A stretch of DNA of 64,000 nucleotides from contig OZ037765.1 of the NCBI GenBank assembly GCA_964035545.1, positions 3,596,001 through 3,660,000 of the forward strand. The letters are read 5' to 3'. The position numbers were made by a program, and so were the translations under genes. This DNA is from Bugula neritina. Lineage: Eukaryota; Animalia; Bryozoa. Shown in pieces: positions 36,401 to 50,792 of this stretch. The first letter of the stretch is position 1, and each line of letters opens with the position of its first letter. The notes under the pieces were generated by a model that saw only the letters and a list, made by a program, of their open reading frames with translations, was not told the origin of the DNA and made no database searches.

Positions 36401-37402
36401 TAGCTGCCAACGATTTTCTACTAAATTATTGTGAATATTTCAGCATAACAGTAATTGTGTTCTTTCAGAGATCTGCCAGTCAATTTCAGTCAACCTTAGC
36501 CAACTCAAACTATGACAGATGTTGACTTGCGGTGACTTTCCATCAGCTATGATAAGCTCTGCAGTCAGTCATGTTATTAAATTGACACTAGACAGCAAAT
36601 CTTACCAGTGCCTAATACTAGTAGTGCTTAATTTATATTTACACAAGTTTAATCAGTAAATAATCAAAGAACTACCTTCTTTAAGGAAAGAAACCATTGG
36701 TTCAGCTTTAAGATTTCTCCGTACCAACACTTCTTCAAAACCAAGAGAGTAAAAGGTTTCTATAAGACTCTGCTCATCTTTCCTAGATCCTGGACGATCA
36801 GTAATTTCGAGGTCAGGGTCAAATTCCTCATTGTTTATAATAACAGCCACACCTCTTTGACTACAGAAATACAGCCTATGTGCATTTCATGGAATTATAA
36901 CCTGAAAAGCAGTTAATCTAAAAAGTAATTAGGATGTGAAAATAAAAAGATGCACAAACTTTTAAAACTATTCGATAAAAATACATATAAATAAAGCTAG
37001 TTGAAGTTTTATAATATAGGAAAAGAAGCATTTCGCATAAAATTTTATTTACAATTTACAATATTTAAGCAGTTTCTCTTTTGGAAAGTTTAAAAAAGCC
37101 TTTCTTATTCACCATTGATTTAATTAGAAATAATTTTACATGCTGCACAGCCAATAGTTGCTGCATATCAAAATAAAAATGCCGAGTTTTAAACCAAACA
37201 TTGCCAGCTTACTATGAACTAGAAATAAAACAAAATATCTGATATAGATTTACTTGTGACTCATTTTGTATTTAAAATCCACGTCGGTCATAAAGTTATA
37301 ATTTTCTATGTTCGGCGGCAGCTGTGATGTAGTCTGTAAGGAACTTGCTGCAGATGAAGCTTGAGGAACTGGAACTGTGCCTTGCCCCATAAAGTTAGCC
37401 AT
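33401..37402 (-). CDS. Caspase-like decoy (paralog B), about 289 aa; catalytic Cys replaced by Glu (QAERG)
   Basis: Exons 37402-37254, 36860-36676, 36315-36146, 35701-35569, 33633-33401. Frame is open and phases match the paralogs. LSHG retained; KPKIFIMQ|AERG. Confidence 0.88.
34185..35336. mobile_element. Non-autonomous DNA transposon (MITE), Kolobok-like
   Basis: About 150-bp imperfect TIRs (AGAATCCCTGACACAC... / ...GTGTGTCAGGAATTCT), TTAA on both flanks, AG..CT termini, no ORF; sits in the last intron of caspase B. Confidence 0.8.
36027..36137. repeat. 13-bp tandem repeat (CTTACACTCCTAA), about 8 copies, next to the caspase B exon-3 donor
   Basis: Direct periodicity. The minus strand repeats donor-like GTAAGT. 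Confidence 0.85.
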
Positions 37403-38033
37403 GGCAATGGTATGGGCTTATTTTCCTTTAACTTCGAGTGAATCACTATCAGTAAAGAAACTTATCATCGTTAGATTTAGTCATACTAATTTTATAATTG
37501 ATTAATTCTTATAAATTATAGTTATAAATTGGATTGCCATCTCAATTTTCTATAATTTACTATTAATTTTAAATTACCCATTTCTTATCAATTATCATTT
37601 TCCTTTTCATTTTGTATCATAATGATAATCTGATTTTATTAGTATTACATTTACTATTAGTAGAGGTATTAATATACTAATACTAATGCTAAGTATTATA
37701 TACTAATGGTAATAGTAATAGTAATACTAATAGTAATAGTAATACTAATACTAATAGTAATAGTAAATATTAATAGTAATACTAATACTTATACTTATAG
37801 TATTAGTTATACTTAGATAATAGTTAATACTATTAGTATTAGTATTAGTATTAGTATTACTATTGCTATTAGTATTCTTGATCGTATAGAATGTAGGGAA
37901 TATGCATAACAAGCACTATTACCTAAAGCTGCAAGTGTGATAGAATCTACTCAAAAGAAAAGACCAATACTTATACTTAAAGTAAAGTTTACCTTACAAG
38001 TTACCACTACGTTAACTTGTCATTGGGGCTATA

Positions 38034-38043
38034 GGGAAATTCC
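38034..38043. promoter_or_regulatory. NF-kB consensus site GGGAAATTCC upstream of caspase B
   Basis: Exact kB consensus about 630 bp upstream of the ATG, near a possible 5'UTR-exon donor (AAG|GTAAAC, about 37992). Untested. Confidence 0.4.
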
Positions 38044-38779
38044 AGTGGGTAAAATTGAGCTGGTTTAAAAACTTAACTATGCACGCATATTTAAACTTAT
38101 AAGTGCTATAGTCAAGTATATAAAATGCTGTATAGACTTCTAAACGTTTATTTATAGCAGTTTAACCAATCATCGTTTTCAATCCCAGAGCTGATCTATC
38201 GTAGCGCAAACATAGAGTTATCCCACCAACTTGTTATTATTTTGTCGTTGCTACTCGAATCTTTTGTAAATTTGTTTTTTTCCCATTATTTATGTTAAAA
38301 TGTCTTATTATTCCGAGTATACTTGCTATTAGTGTATGGTTATATCTTCAATAAGGCTTCCATCTACTTTCCAAATAGTTTAGGTATTTCAAATTTTAAT
38401 GCAAAAGTATACTAATAAAATTGTACCATTAACTGATCCATCAATAAAGCTTGAAGGAGATAGTTGATTGTATTATAGTTAGCAAAATAAAACAGTATGA
38501 CATAATTGATTGTCTGATTTGATCAATATGCAAAGAGTAAAAATCCTGAAAGCTGTAAGCAAAACCTACTGTAATAGGTTTATATCTCTGAGATTGTCAG
38601 AAAATAATAAAGTAGAAGCCTGTAACAATTCTGCCAAAAACATTAAAACACAAATAAAAGAAATAAGGAAAAAATACAGATATAAATCAACTAAAAAAAT
38701 AAAGAAAAAGAAGACAAAGTATAAAAATTTACTAAAAAAACAAACAGAGCATTGTGCATAGGGTTTGAGCATCACTAAT

Positions 38780-41700
38780 TTAGTTGAAATAAAGTGACTT
38801 AGTAAGAGTGGATGTAATGCAAGGGCTTTGCTTCATTTGATTCATTTGTGGGTCTTGAGTGCTGGACATGAAGTTGTAGGAGACTACCCTATTGACCCTG
38901 GTCAACAGCTGGCCAAGCTCCAGCTTTCTCCCATCCTTGTTCACCACTGTGCAGAAGGATTGTATGAACCAGGACCCATCCATACCGTTTCTCCAAGCAA
39001 AATACCCTGCAACATAATTAAGAAGAAGTTTCAGTAGCTTTATAACATATAAAAAAAGCAAAGCAAAAGCATATTACGTGGAGAATTTACTTTACACTAC
39101 AAAATATATATTGCCAATAAATCAGTTAAATGCGACAGTAAAAAAAAGTTGTTATATTGCTTGGGTCAAAGTCTCAAGAGAGAGCATAACTTCTTTTCCT
39201 ACATATCTAATTTAAAACACAGACTTTTTCCTACATTTCTTCATTATTAAGTCTACCTCATTTTTATAATACACTGTATATTTATGCCGGGCTGATGCAA
39301 TTAATGTTCTATGTAATCCAAAAGGCTGAAAGATGTACCACCATGGTGGGCACAACCCCTCATTATATATCGATTATCAGCATCCATCTATCAATGTCTG
39401 ATGTAATTTAGCAACATCCTGACTGATGTATTCAAGACTTGGTATCTATAAAGCTAAAGCACTACAAGAAAATAAATTGAATACAACATTACACAATGGT
39501 AATTGTTAGTATTCAAGAGAAAACTCAGCGATAACTGAGATGATCTGACACGTTTCATGTAAATTAACAATTTTCATATAGATGTAGAAAACTCTCAAAC
39601 GAGGCGGTATTATCAAATAAAATACAAAAAATCTCGTTAATTGCATGTTACTTGTACTAAAACAGAATAACTTGAATTATCCTTCCTGGCTCACCTTGAA
39701 CTGTTGAATACGCCACAAGAACGTCGGACTCCTTTGAGATGACGTATCTCTTTGGTTTATTGCTCTTTGATGGTAAAGCATCGTGTTGAAACTCAACTCC
39801 TTTATCCAGAGTTTGTCCACGGCAGGCCTATTAATTGTAATATTAATAGATTTCCTTTGTATTACCGTAATAAAATAGAGTCAACACTATTACAATACAA
39901 GCATGAGACAAAATGTGATGAATATTAAAAAAGAAAACTGTACAACTTGCACCAGCAGTAACAAAAAACATTAAAAATTATAATTTGTAATTTTGTTGAA
40001 AGCTAAAAAAACAATTGGCATATGTGTGTAGCCTAAAAATATGGCCAACTAAACGATAATCAACTCAGATGTTTGTTATCTCTCCACAAATGAGGTCTAG
40101 ACAGATAATAGCAAATCCAAGTAAATTGTAAAGTTATTTAGGCACTTTGAATAGATGAAAGTCGTGGATTAGAGAGCAACAGTCAACTAAAATTTTAAAT
40201 GCAAAAAGAAAAAGCACGATGACCAATATGCTATGCTAAACATGAGCTATTTGTCATTCATACTGAAAACAATTAAGAAATTTATCTCGCCTTCAATTAA
40301 AGGTAATATCAGAGAACAGTTTGAACCGGTAATGAATTCACTGCGAACCTGAATGAGAAATATTTTAGGTTTCCCAACCAAAGACATGGCTTCAGGTGGT
40401 TTGAAGAGAGAGAAGATTTGTTCGTACTGGATAGGTCCGTCTGTGCCATATATGACACCTTCGTCACCGTGGGACAGCAGAGCAACGAACACACAGTCGC
40501 TGTCAGTAAAGTCTCTACTAGCAACTGCAAGCAGCAAATATCACTATAAGTATTTGAAATGAGCTATTTTCACTCCTTTTAGAAGCTTGGTCTAAGTCTT
40601 ATTACTTCTGTAACTGAAATTCTTTGAGTCTAGTTGATTTGTTAAGCTAATGAACATTTAGATTTTAGAGTATAAAATAATATACTTTTATAATGACAAC
40701 TGAATTAAGGTTTGCATATAAATACTAAAAGTTCATGAATATCACTAAACATAAAGTTCTACAAAGAAACTCTTTGAGTAAGCTGTAATCTACATTTTGC
40801 ATATTGTATAATATGGCATTGAATTTCCAGGGAAAGCACTGAATGTGTAGATCTAAATTCTAAACAAAGTTTCATCCAGTTAAGTAAGAATACAAATGCA
40901 CTTAAATCAATTGTTTAAAATATGTTGAGCATAACATAACTCAAGCGACTGAAGGAGCAAATCTTTAAACTGTTTGGATACAATGAACAGGTGGCTTAGG
41001 CAGTGTCTATATTGGAGGAGCTAATGGTTCAAATATTCTTATGAGTAAGAACCAAATGTCTGTTAGCATCAATTTTCCCTCAACGTGTTTCTTGTATCAG
41101 GTTATTAGAACAACAATGGCTGAATTCAGATGAACAGAGAACTGTACGAAAGACACAGTGGTTCACAGTTACCTTTCTGTAGAACGTCGACCATTTTTCT
41201 GCCAGTTAAGTTATTATGTACGATGATATCTTTAAAGCCGATAAACTGTAGAGTTCTGGCCAGCTTGTCCCTGTCAACACTGGAGCCTGGTCTGTCATTC
41301 ATTCGGATTAGCTGGTCAAACTTATCATTGTTTATGATGACAGCGACCCCACGACTCCTGCATCAATAAACAGCCGTCAGCTAAGTAAGCTAGCCAAGGT
41401 GTCGCATGGTAGGCAGGAAAGAAACACATGTCGCAGCGGGACCATTTTAGAGGTTTTGAAAATAAAATATTTAAATTTCTTGATATCCATTCATAGAGAA
41501 AATATTTTTTCATCATTTTAAAAAAAAAATATAATTCTTTACTCAGAAAGGGGCGTAGAACTTGAAAGAGATTTAGGTGCAAATGTAGAAACACTGTACA
41601 AAGCGTTTTAGTGTTCATTACAAAAATTGCTAGCAGCTCCCTTTATAGCTTTACACTGACATTGAGACGAGGTCAGTGTAATTATCAACGGGACGATATT

Positions 41701-42485
41701 AGTATATATCCATATTATATGAATAAATTCCTATTAATGTAAGAAACAATTATGTGATAGCTTATCAAGAAAAATTTACAGAAAGTGTCCATTATCAATC
41801 AGCTTCAATTCAAAAACTCTAAAAGTAACATAATAAATTCGGAGTTATGATGAATATCCAATAGGCATAGACAACTCCCTCTCCCCTTACTAAAGTGAGT
41901 CATAATTATCAATACTCTATTATTGGTACAGGAAGTCTAAAAAATGCTATCACTGTTCCCTAGCAACCAAGATCTGAATAATATTAATCAACATCTCATT
42001 ATAGTGATTGTTTATAGAGGTTATGTAATGCTAGTCTAAGTCCATAAGTAAATCAATACTGCAGAAATATTGCCTAGTGGTGTGTTATATAATGAGGCAG
42101 CAGTCACTGTTCTTATAAAAGATAAGTTAAGTTACTATGAATGGGTAACAAAAGAAGGACATTTTAAGCTATGGTTAGTTGTGATGGTCTACTGTAGCCC
42201 ATAGCGAAGTTCCTCCAAAAATCTGAAGTCACCAAGACTCTTACTAAAAACCTATGTAGTATTAATTTATTGAACCTAACTAGTTACAAGTTGTGTACTA
42301 AAGTTCTGCTTGAGCTCAATTGTAAACACATCATACTTATGCTTCATGTTGTACTCAAATTCCTCATCTCCCAGGTCCGCATAGCGCTCTAACACTGTGA
42401 GTGGAACCGCAGGCTTAGCTGCACCCTTTCCTGTGACAGGCCTTGCATCAGGGGCATCACCTTGACCTTCAGCACTTCCACTCAT
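38780..42485 (-). CDS. Effector-type caspase (caspase-3/7-like), paralog A, about 289 aa, predicted active
   Basis: Exons 42485-42337, 41357-41173, 40524-40349, 39827-39695, 39006-38780. Prodomain [17 protein letters not shown]|ACRG, linker FQHD/A, AWRN..GSWFIQS. Confidence 0.93.
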
Positions 42486-43553
42486 CTTGAGCAACTACAC
42501 GTGAGAAAGAGTACCATATGAGGTTCAATAGGAAATCAGACAAGATCTGCAGTAATGTTGATTATTGGTCAAACAAAAAACAAATGATTGCATTCATCAA
42601 ATAATTACTCAACAAATTTAAAATTTCGAAGTTAGATTTCAGCATAGAAGAAAATTCGTTGCAGATAGTTAGGTCAGTAAAAACAATGCAATTAAATTGG
42701 AACCACAAAAATTTGCTTGTGTAAATTTGATGACCACATTGTGTAAAAAGTGCTTCAGTCATTAAAATTTTGATGATTTTAATTAATTCAAGTTTGAAAA
42801 CACATTGACTAACTATGGGACAATATAAATTACACTGCTTCTACTGTCAACGAACTGTATGCAAAATAATTTACCTTCTATCTATGAGGGGCCACAAAAA
42901 GGCAAACAGCTCAGACTCCTTGAGAAAATAGGACAACAACCAGCAACCTTACATCTAAAAACCTCTCAATTTGCTAGAACTTTTCATATTATGTTGCTAC
43001 TGTGGGCGAAATTCATTTTTTGTAGTTGCCAGTGATGGACAGGTATTGTTCATATAACCAATTTCTCAGTATTACATACTTTCACTGTATATTTTAGGGT
43101 TATCCGTATTTGATTACTTAAACTTTGAGCAGTGCTTTGTTAAATATTAGCAAGACCTAAATAACACAGCAAAATAGCCTCAATTTGCATTGTGTAACTG
43201 AGACAAAAAGTAATGCAAGCATTTAAATTGACTGAAAACTAATAACAAAATTGCTTTGACAGCTTAGCTTGATGGTGTAATAATTGTAGGCATAGTAAAA
43301 TTAAAACTAGCTCAACACTAACAACAATTTATTTGACTCATATTACTATAAGTTTACAAGAACATTGTGAAGTTTTAAAAACAATCTAAACTGTGACACT
43401 TGCATGCTATTATTACATACTAAAATCCATGACTGAGAAACTACCAAACAACAAATAATTTAAAATAGGTTAAAACAGTACTGTTAAGTGAGTGACGAGA
43501 TTCAAAAATCGTCAAATAAAATCAGTTCAAACATCTAAAGAATTTTCAATGAG

Positions 43554-44693
43554 TTAGAGTTGAGTGACTGCATCACAAATAGCATTAGTAAACTCCGAGC
43601 AGTTGGCCGATCCACCTAAATCACCAGTGACATATTTTGCTTCTTTGATGGTCGCGAAACAAGCGGCTTCAATTCTGTCAGCATAACTGTTCAACTCCAT
43701 GTGACGAAGCATCATGACTGCACTCAGCAACAGCGCTGTTGGATTAGCTTTATCCAACCCAGCAATATCAGGCGCTGTTCCATGCACTGACTCAAAAATT
43801 GCAGCACCATCTTCACCAATGTTACCACTGGGAGTAAGTCCCAAGCCTCCGATCAAGCCTGCGCCTAAATCACTAAGTATATCACCATAAAGATTGGGCA
43901 TGACTAGCATATCGTATTGCGAAGGATCCTGAACTAGATTCAAGCAGACGGTGTCCAGATAGCTTTCCGAAAATTTTATCTGCCGATGTTTTTCTGCTTC
44001 TTCACGACAACATTTCAAAAACAGTCCATCTCCCATTCTCATAATGTTAGCTTTGTGAACAGCAGTAATGTGAGAACGATTATTAGCTATAGCGTACTCA
44101 AATGCAAACTTGGCGACGCGTCTGGAAGCTGCTTCAGTAATTAACTTGATACTTTGAACAACTCCGGGCACAATTGTATGTTCAATGCCGCTATATTCAC
44201 CTTCTGTGTTTTCACGTATGGTCACAATGTTAACATCATCATAAGCTGTTTTAAAGCCATCAATAGATTTACAGGGTCTAACATTGGCATAGAGATTAAA
44301 TTCTTTTCGAAGAGCAAGGTTAAGTGATCGGTGACCTTTTCCAACAGGTGTAGCCAATGGGCCTTTAAGACCGATTTTGTTTTTTATAACAGAGTCAATT
44401 GCTGTCTGAGGAATACCAAATTTGCCATCGGATTGCATAACTGGTGTAACATCAACACTTTCCCATTCTATTGGAGCCCCAGCAACTTGAAAAATCTGTT
44501 GCACAGCAGCTGAAATTTCTGGGCCAATCCCATCTCCAGGAATTAATGTGACTTGTCGAGTCGCAGCATCGGAGTAGGCACGGACATAGTTAGGTAAATT
44601 TGACTTGTGGGAAGTAAGCGTTGCTCTAGCAAGAGATAGTATTTGCTTTGTTGCTTGCATATTGTATAGAATTGGTAAAAAATTAAAGCTCAT
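43554..44693 (-). CDS. IDH3A: NAD-dependent isocitrate dehydrogenase subunit alpha, mitochondrial; single coding exon (alternative start at 44660)
   Basis: [67 protein letters not shown]; transit-peptide-like N-terminus. Confidence 0.96.
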   Translation of the reverse strand: MSFNFLPILYNMQATKQILSLARATLTSHKSNLPNYVRAYSDAATRQVTLIPGDGIGPEISAAVQQIFQVAGAPIEWESVDVTPVMQSDGKFGIPQTAIDSVIKNKIGLKGPLATPVGKGHRSLNLALRKEFNLYANVRPCKSIDGFKTAYDDVNIVTIRENTEGEYSGIEHTIVPGVVQSIKLITEAASRRVAKFAFEYAIANNRSHITAVHKANIMRMGDGLFLKCCREEAEKHRQIKFSESYLDTVCLNLVQDPSQYDMLVMPNLYGDILSDLGAGLIGGLGLTPSGNIGEDGAAIFESVHGTAPDIAGLDKANPTALLLSAVMMLRHMELNSYADRIEAACFATIKEAKYVTGDLGGSANCSEFTNAICDAVTQL

Positions 44694-46185
44694 TCAATGT
44701 CAATGTGGTAAATGGTTGCAACAGATGCTTCTACAATAAAAATTGTGCCAAGTTGAAAGTCACAAAGCTTATGTTAGTGCGTGCATAGTAATAATTCCAG
44801 TTATGAATAAATTTATAAAAACAACTTAGTTTTCCCAAAAGAAAATCCAAACAAAGCATTGAGCACGAACCAATCTTTCAAACTCATTTAAACCTTTTCT
44901 TGGAGTCTGAGCTGCTGCAATATATTAGCCTTCAAATTTCAGCATATAGGCAGTGAGTAAGTACGAAACTACCCTTTGTTAGGTGGGAAACAACTGTTAA
45001 ATTTTCTTGTCAGTTAACGAGGCATATACTACATGCATGACTAACTATAGTTAAATTTATTGTGAACAATACATTTTCGAAAATTTGAAAAAAATTGAGT
45101 TTAAAATTTAAAAATTAAATATAAAATCACTTTAAGATGAAAACCTAAAGTTATATTAAAAGCTCAGAATAGGACAAACTATACTTTATTTAGTGCAATA
45201 AAATTAATAAAAAAGTGAATTGAAAGTCAAAAATACAGCAGCACTAGTACCACTTTGTGGTGCAATATACAAATGTGGTGAGATTTAAAATAAATGTCGA
45301 TTTTTCCTTTTCATTTTAATTAAAAAGTACGGTTGTCTAGAGGAAGAGCTCAAAAATGTGTTGTGGCTAAATTCTTTTTTTAAAAAACATATAGCAGATT
45401 ATAGACATGAAATATATTTTTCATTTCCAATCAGATTTAGAATTTTCGCAGCAATCGATATGTCTGCACACGAAGTGAATACAGTCACAGCGCTGTTGTA
45501 TTCAACTTTTGATCAACCATACAATCGTTAGTAAAGCTTAAAGACATATGTACCAGTTTCAATTTCCACAGCTTTGATGGTTTACCAGTACAAAGTTAAC
45601 GCACATAAAATTATAACCAACAACTAAACCACATCAGATCCTAAAACATCTTTAAAATATATGTTAGGCAGCATTGCAGCAGTTCAGTTGAGAAAAACTG
45701 ATTTACTTACATCAGGAACAAAAATTTCTTTCAAAATTAGATATATAATACTAGAATTGACATATGAAGTACTCTTGCCTCTTTAACATGAATGCAATAA
45801 ATATAGTATACGTATTAGACCAAGTATACATAAGACTAAAGCAGTATATGACTCTGAGTAAATTATTAAATATATTGATTATTATTTTCATTATGACAAT
45901 GGTTAAGTGTAAGTCTAATTGCAATTCTTATTATATTACCAATAACATAAATATATCATAGAGTAACATTAATAATTGAAATTAAAATAGATCGTTATGG
46001 TTATGGTAAATTGATCATTAATATTAAATAGTAAATGTAATACTCAAATTGAAACCTGTAGGTAGCTATGGTATCAACAATTACATTTAGTATTACAATA
46101 ACTATAAGTATAAGATATAACATTAACTACTACTATAAAAGATAATAAGCCATAATGATAATAATTATCATAATTGACTCCATAC

Positions 46186-46233
46186 AGTCACTCCATACAG
46201 TCACTCCATACAGTCACTCCATACAGTCACTCC
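46186..46233. repeat. 13-bp tandem repeat (ACTCCATACAGTC), about 3.5 copies
   Basis: Direct periodicity. Confidence 0.8.
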
Positions 46234-49058
46234 GAGTTTAAAGCTCTCTATATTATTATAATAATCATAATCGGTAAAACTTAATAAATTTCAATAGTCA
46301 TAGACATACTACATCTATTAAAATTCATTTAGTTTTACTATCAGTATTACTATAAATATGCCGCATATTGATAGTCAATGATTTTCATAGCGGTATACCG
46401 CCTATACAAATAGTAATTCTTCAACTCTTACAGTTGATGCTACTGTTAGTGTTCACTTACTAATATTTTAGTTGGCATAATAATTATCGATACTATGAGT
46501 ATGACTATCAGAATCACTATGATTATCATCATCATTATGATTATCACTTATAGTTATCAGTATCAGTCTCACTATTCATTTGAATAAGATTAGGTGTTAC
46601 TGCTAGATTTTGTGTACTCTAAATCTAACACTATCACATTCACCTATCAGCATCACAAACTAAAACTGAAAAAACTGAGTAGCGATGCTGATAGTGATAC
46701 TGATAGGAAAAGATAATAATAATTATTATTTATTTACTAGACATAGTGAGACTAAGTCTAATACTTATACTAAGTCTAATGCCAATGGTAATACTATTAC
46801 TAAAACTTACACTAACAGTAATACTGATTACCTCTGATTACCTCTGATGAGGTAGAACGCTCTTGACCATCATATGACGTTAGTAGAGCGCCTCATGTGT
46901 GTGACAGTATTACTAATACTAATACTAATAGAGTGTCACTATCACTATGAGTATAACTATAGCCATAGCCCATAGGATAGGTAATGACTATGACCATGAG
47001 TATGAGTATAACTAATCTAGGTCTAGGTAACTCAAGAACCTTTAAATTTGTAATCTAATCACTAATGAACGGAATACATATTAAATGATATTACTGACAT
47101 TATGATTATGATTATCACTTCCAGTAACTGCAACACTAACTCAGTAAGTGTAACTGTAAGTTAGGCCATGGTGATGGTGACAGTGATCATTTCAATTTGA
47201 TCAGTTGAACTTGATGAGTTGATTGTCATTGTGATGGTCATGATCAATATCATGATGGCAATACCATGTTCATTGCCCTTGGACTTAAACTTTAAACCTT
47301 TTAAAGTTAACAATAACATTATGATTATGATAATCATAATCATAATGATAATGATGTTGATTATCAAAATAAACATTGTTGCATCGGCATTGTAAATTAT
47401 AAATCATTAAATACCACCATCACCAAGTTCTAATTTAAGAATAAGTTCACTTATAACTCAATTGCAAACTGCAAAGTTGATAAAATTTTGATAAATGTAA
47501 TAAATATATAAATTTATCCAATAAATAACAATTAACATTTATTTTAACTTTACGGTTGCATCTAAAAGCACGGTACGGATTTCTGGGAAAAGCGGAACCA
47601 CTTATCTCTCCCAATGGGCCGTATAATTTTATTATAATATTACTATTACCTTTTCTTCTAAGTCTAATAGTCTGTCTAGCTGCCGGTAATGAGACGTAAA
47701 TTGGTCATGTGTACTATATGATCCGCGAGTTTAGCGCCATTGGCTGTAATATCGGGGAGATAACTCTTAAGCTCAATGTTGTTGCACTCGCTGAAATGAA
47801 ACTATACCCGGGGTTATAGTTCAATGGTTGCTCAATGGAGTCAAAGCGTCACGATTCTTGTTGACAAGATAACTCCAATACTAATTATATGTACTTCCTC
47901 GCGGAAGTAATACATAAATTACGCATAAAATTTTGTGTGGCCTACAATTATTAACTAGGAGGGAAAATTTTAGCAAGTTCTAAAAAGCAGATATATTCCA
48001 ATTTGTTTAGTGAGCTATTTGCAAAATTATAGTTTTTGGTTTGAAAGATGTGTTGCTCTAAAATCTAAATCATTTCTGCTAGTGCAATGTTGCCAAAATA
48101 TTTTTCATCAGTTTGGATATACCATGTTGCTTTAAAACATTAATTAGTCATAGGCTTATAGCTACAATTGATATGTATAATGAAAATATTGATATTTTCA
48201 ACACCATAATAATTAGTTGAAAGATCGCGCTTTAGCTCTTTATAAAAATATTGGCATAATTGAATAAAATATTTAATATAGCAATTATTTTATCATATGC
48301 TTAAGCAGTTGCATCTATTAAGTTGATACAGCGAAAACAAATGCCAATATCAACTATCTTCTAAAATAAATTTAATAAAAGCAAGTATTTAACCTGCAGT
48401 GAGTTTAATCAACCAAATAATTGGTTCATAGAAGTAGGATTTATTGACTGTAGTTATATATTTACAAATAGCAATATCTATAATGAAAATATATTCAACA
48501 TATAGACTTATAAAATCAAAACATACCATACGTTTTAAGGGAATATGCAAAAATAAAATGCATGTACTATCATAATACATTAATTCTATTAAGTAAGTTA
48601 CAAACAAGTCATGGACTCTAGAAATATCAGTAAACAGTAAACGCTATATGACAAACCACAAATGTTCTCAAAGCATAAAATAAATTTAACACCAAAACTT
48701 TCACTAAATACATTCTAATTATAGAAACTTATAAAAGTTAAAGCTAACAAACAAGAATACAATCTGGTAATAAATGCTCTTCACGATACAAAAATAACAA
48801 AAAATAATCACTCCAGCAATAAAACTATGAAGATTCAATCTCGAGCATTGTTTATTACAGGCAGATGTAGCTAAATGCCTTTATGCAAAAATATAAACAT
48901 TTCACGACGGAGATTAAAAAAGCATATCATAAGGAGTTGTGTTACAGTTAGACCCTTGTGTGTAGGTAAGATGGAGTATGCCAACAGCATACAACAATTA
49001 TGCTGAGTAGTGATATCTCAGACTAAGTTTCCATAGCAACCATAAACATATCAACATG

Positions 49059-50691
49059 TCATACGTTCATTGAGATCTTCTCGTTTTGGCCCAACGCTGC
49101 CAAAGTCTTCTTTATTCTCAGAGCTGTCAAACGGGCCGCTGGTTTCTCGTTCCAACACTCGCGCACCAACTTGGTCATACATTTGAGATACTGAAACAAA
49201 CAGTTCAACAGATGGACTGTAGTATACAACAGACGATACAATATAACAATATAGCCAAATGCTAGAATATGTATGACAATAGACCTAAATCTAAACATTA
49301 AATGACGAAGTTTTCAAACATAAATATTAATTTCTTCACCAAATACTAGAGAACACTACAGAACAAGTTGGTCCCAGCTCAGTAAACATTTGATCTGCTC
49401 TATTTCTTTTTTATAAAGAGAGACGACAATTTAGACAATCAGTATATAGTTTGAACCAAAAGTCTAAAAAGGCTCTCAATATTGTATTTATATCATAGCT
49501 GTTACTCAATAAAGACAAGAACCACTGAATATCTTCTGCCAACTTAACTTATGATGAATTGAAGAAGTGACAAAACCTGTACAGACGCAACTTACCGAAA
49601 CATCTGCGAATCTGCTGCTTATAGAAGGTCGCAACTTCTTCTCGCACACGACGTGTCTCATATTCTCTATGGTCGGGTCAGACTGCACAAGGTCAAAGTA
49701 AGGTAGCTGATAGTCTTCATATTTACCTGCAAAACACAAGTATGATTACCTGCTAGGTATGACTCAACACTGTATTATTAGAAATATTCACAGCAGACGG
49801 AAGGTTCGCACATGGAGCCAGTACTCAAGTTGATACGGCGACTGCGAATATAGTGAGTAGACAATTTCTGACAACTTGTACTTAAAATCTGCTTAAACCA
49901 AGGAAAGAGCAGATAGACTAAATAGAGGTGATTAATCACCCAAAGACAAACCAATTTCAAGATTTCTACAAATTCTTGACTTTTTGCAATAGTTTCAGCT
50001 ATGGAATCAAAACTGATGAGTATTCGATAGGATAACTGACACACACTCCATCTAGAGCTAATACTGGTACCCAGCTAGCACATGCCAGCTTGGCAGAACA
50101 TTAAGCTACAACATTACAGTGATTTGCAAAAAGAGTTAAAAAACCACTTTTTTGCCTGATATACACTGTATAGTATATTCCAGTGTTGTTTGTTGCCTGG
50201 CAAAAACAATATTTTTAGCAGAATTCCAACACCAGGACTATAGACTCAGCCACCAGTAAACAATGAACTTTGCCCTTAGGCAATGCTCAACTACAAGAAT
50301 TACTTTGCGGACTTGTCACAAGACACGAAGCCTTAGAGAAACTCACCAGCTATGGAGACGCGGCGTAGCACCTCCCAATAGACGAGGGACAGCGAGTAAA
50401 TATCTCCCTGCTTAAAAGAGTCAAAGTTATGCATGTTGATGTCATCTGAGAGGACCTCTGGTGGCATGTATCTGTTGGTGCCGACTCGGTCGTTCATGGT
50501 CGGGTGATTTATAGTGTCGGAGACGGACTCGTGCTTCACCGCCAGACCTGAACAGAACAGCGAGACATCAGTGCGAGTACCACTACCTCTACTGCTACTA
50601 CTGCTACTACTACTGCTACTACCACTACTACTAGTATTACTACTACTACTACTACTACTACTACCACTACCACCACTACTACTACTACTAT

Positions 50692-50730
<39 letters not shown>

Positions 50731-50760
50731 CACTACTACTACAACTACTACTACTAGAAG

Positions 50761-50792
<32 letters not shown>

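Noticed and set aside
33401-37402. Calling caspase B a pseudogene
   Set aside because: No stops or frameshifts, and all splice sites and exon phases are preserved.
41651-41681. 10-bp perfect hairpin TTACACTGAC/GTCAGTGTAA
   Set aside because: Isolated and intronic, with no Helitron CTRR end or other supporting context.
45760-47460. Short ORFs and hexamer-like periodicity in AT-rich DNA (also 37660-37880 and 38510-38775)
   Set aside because: Low-complexity simple repeats with no coding signature.
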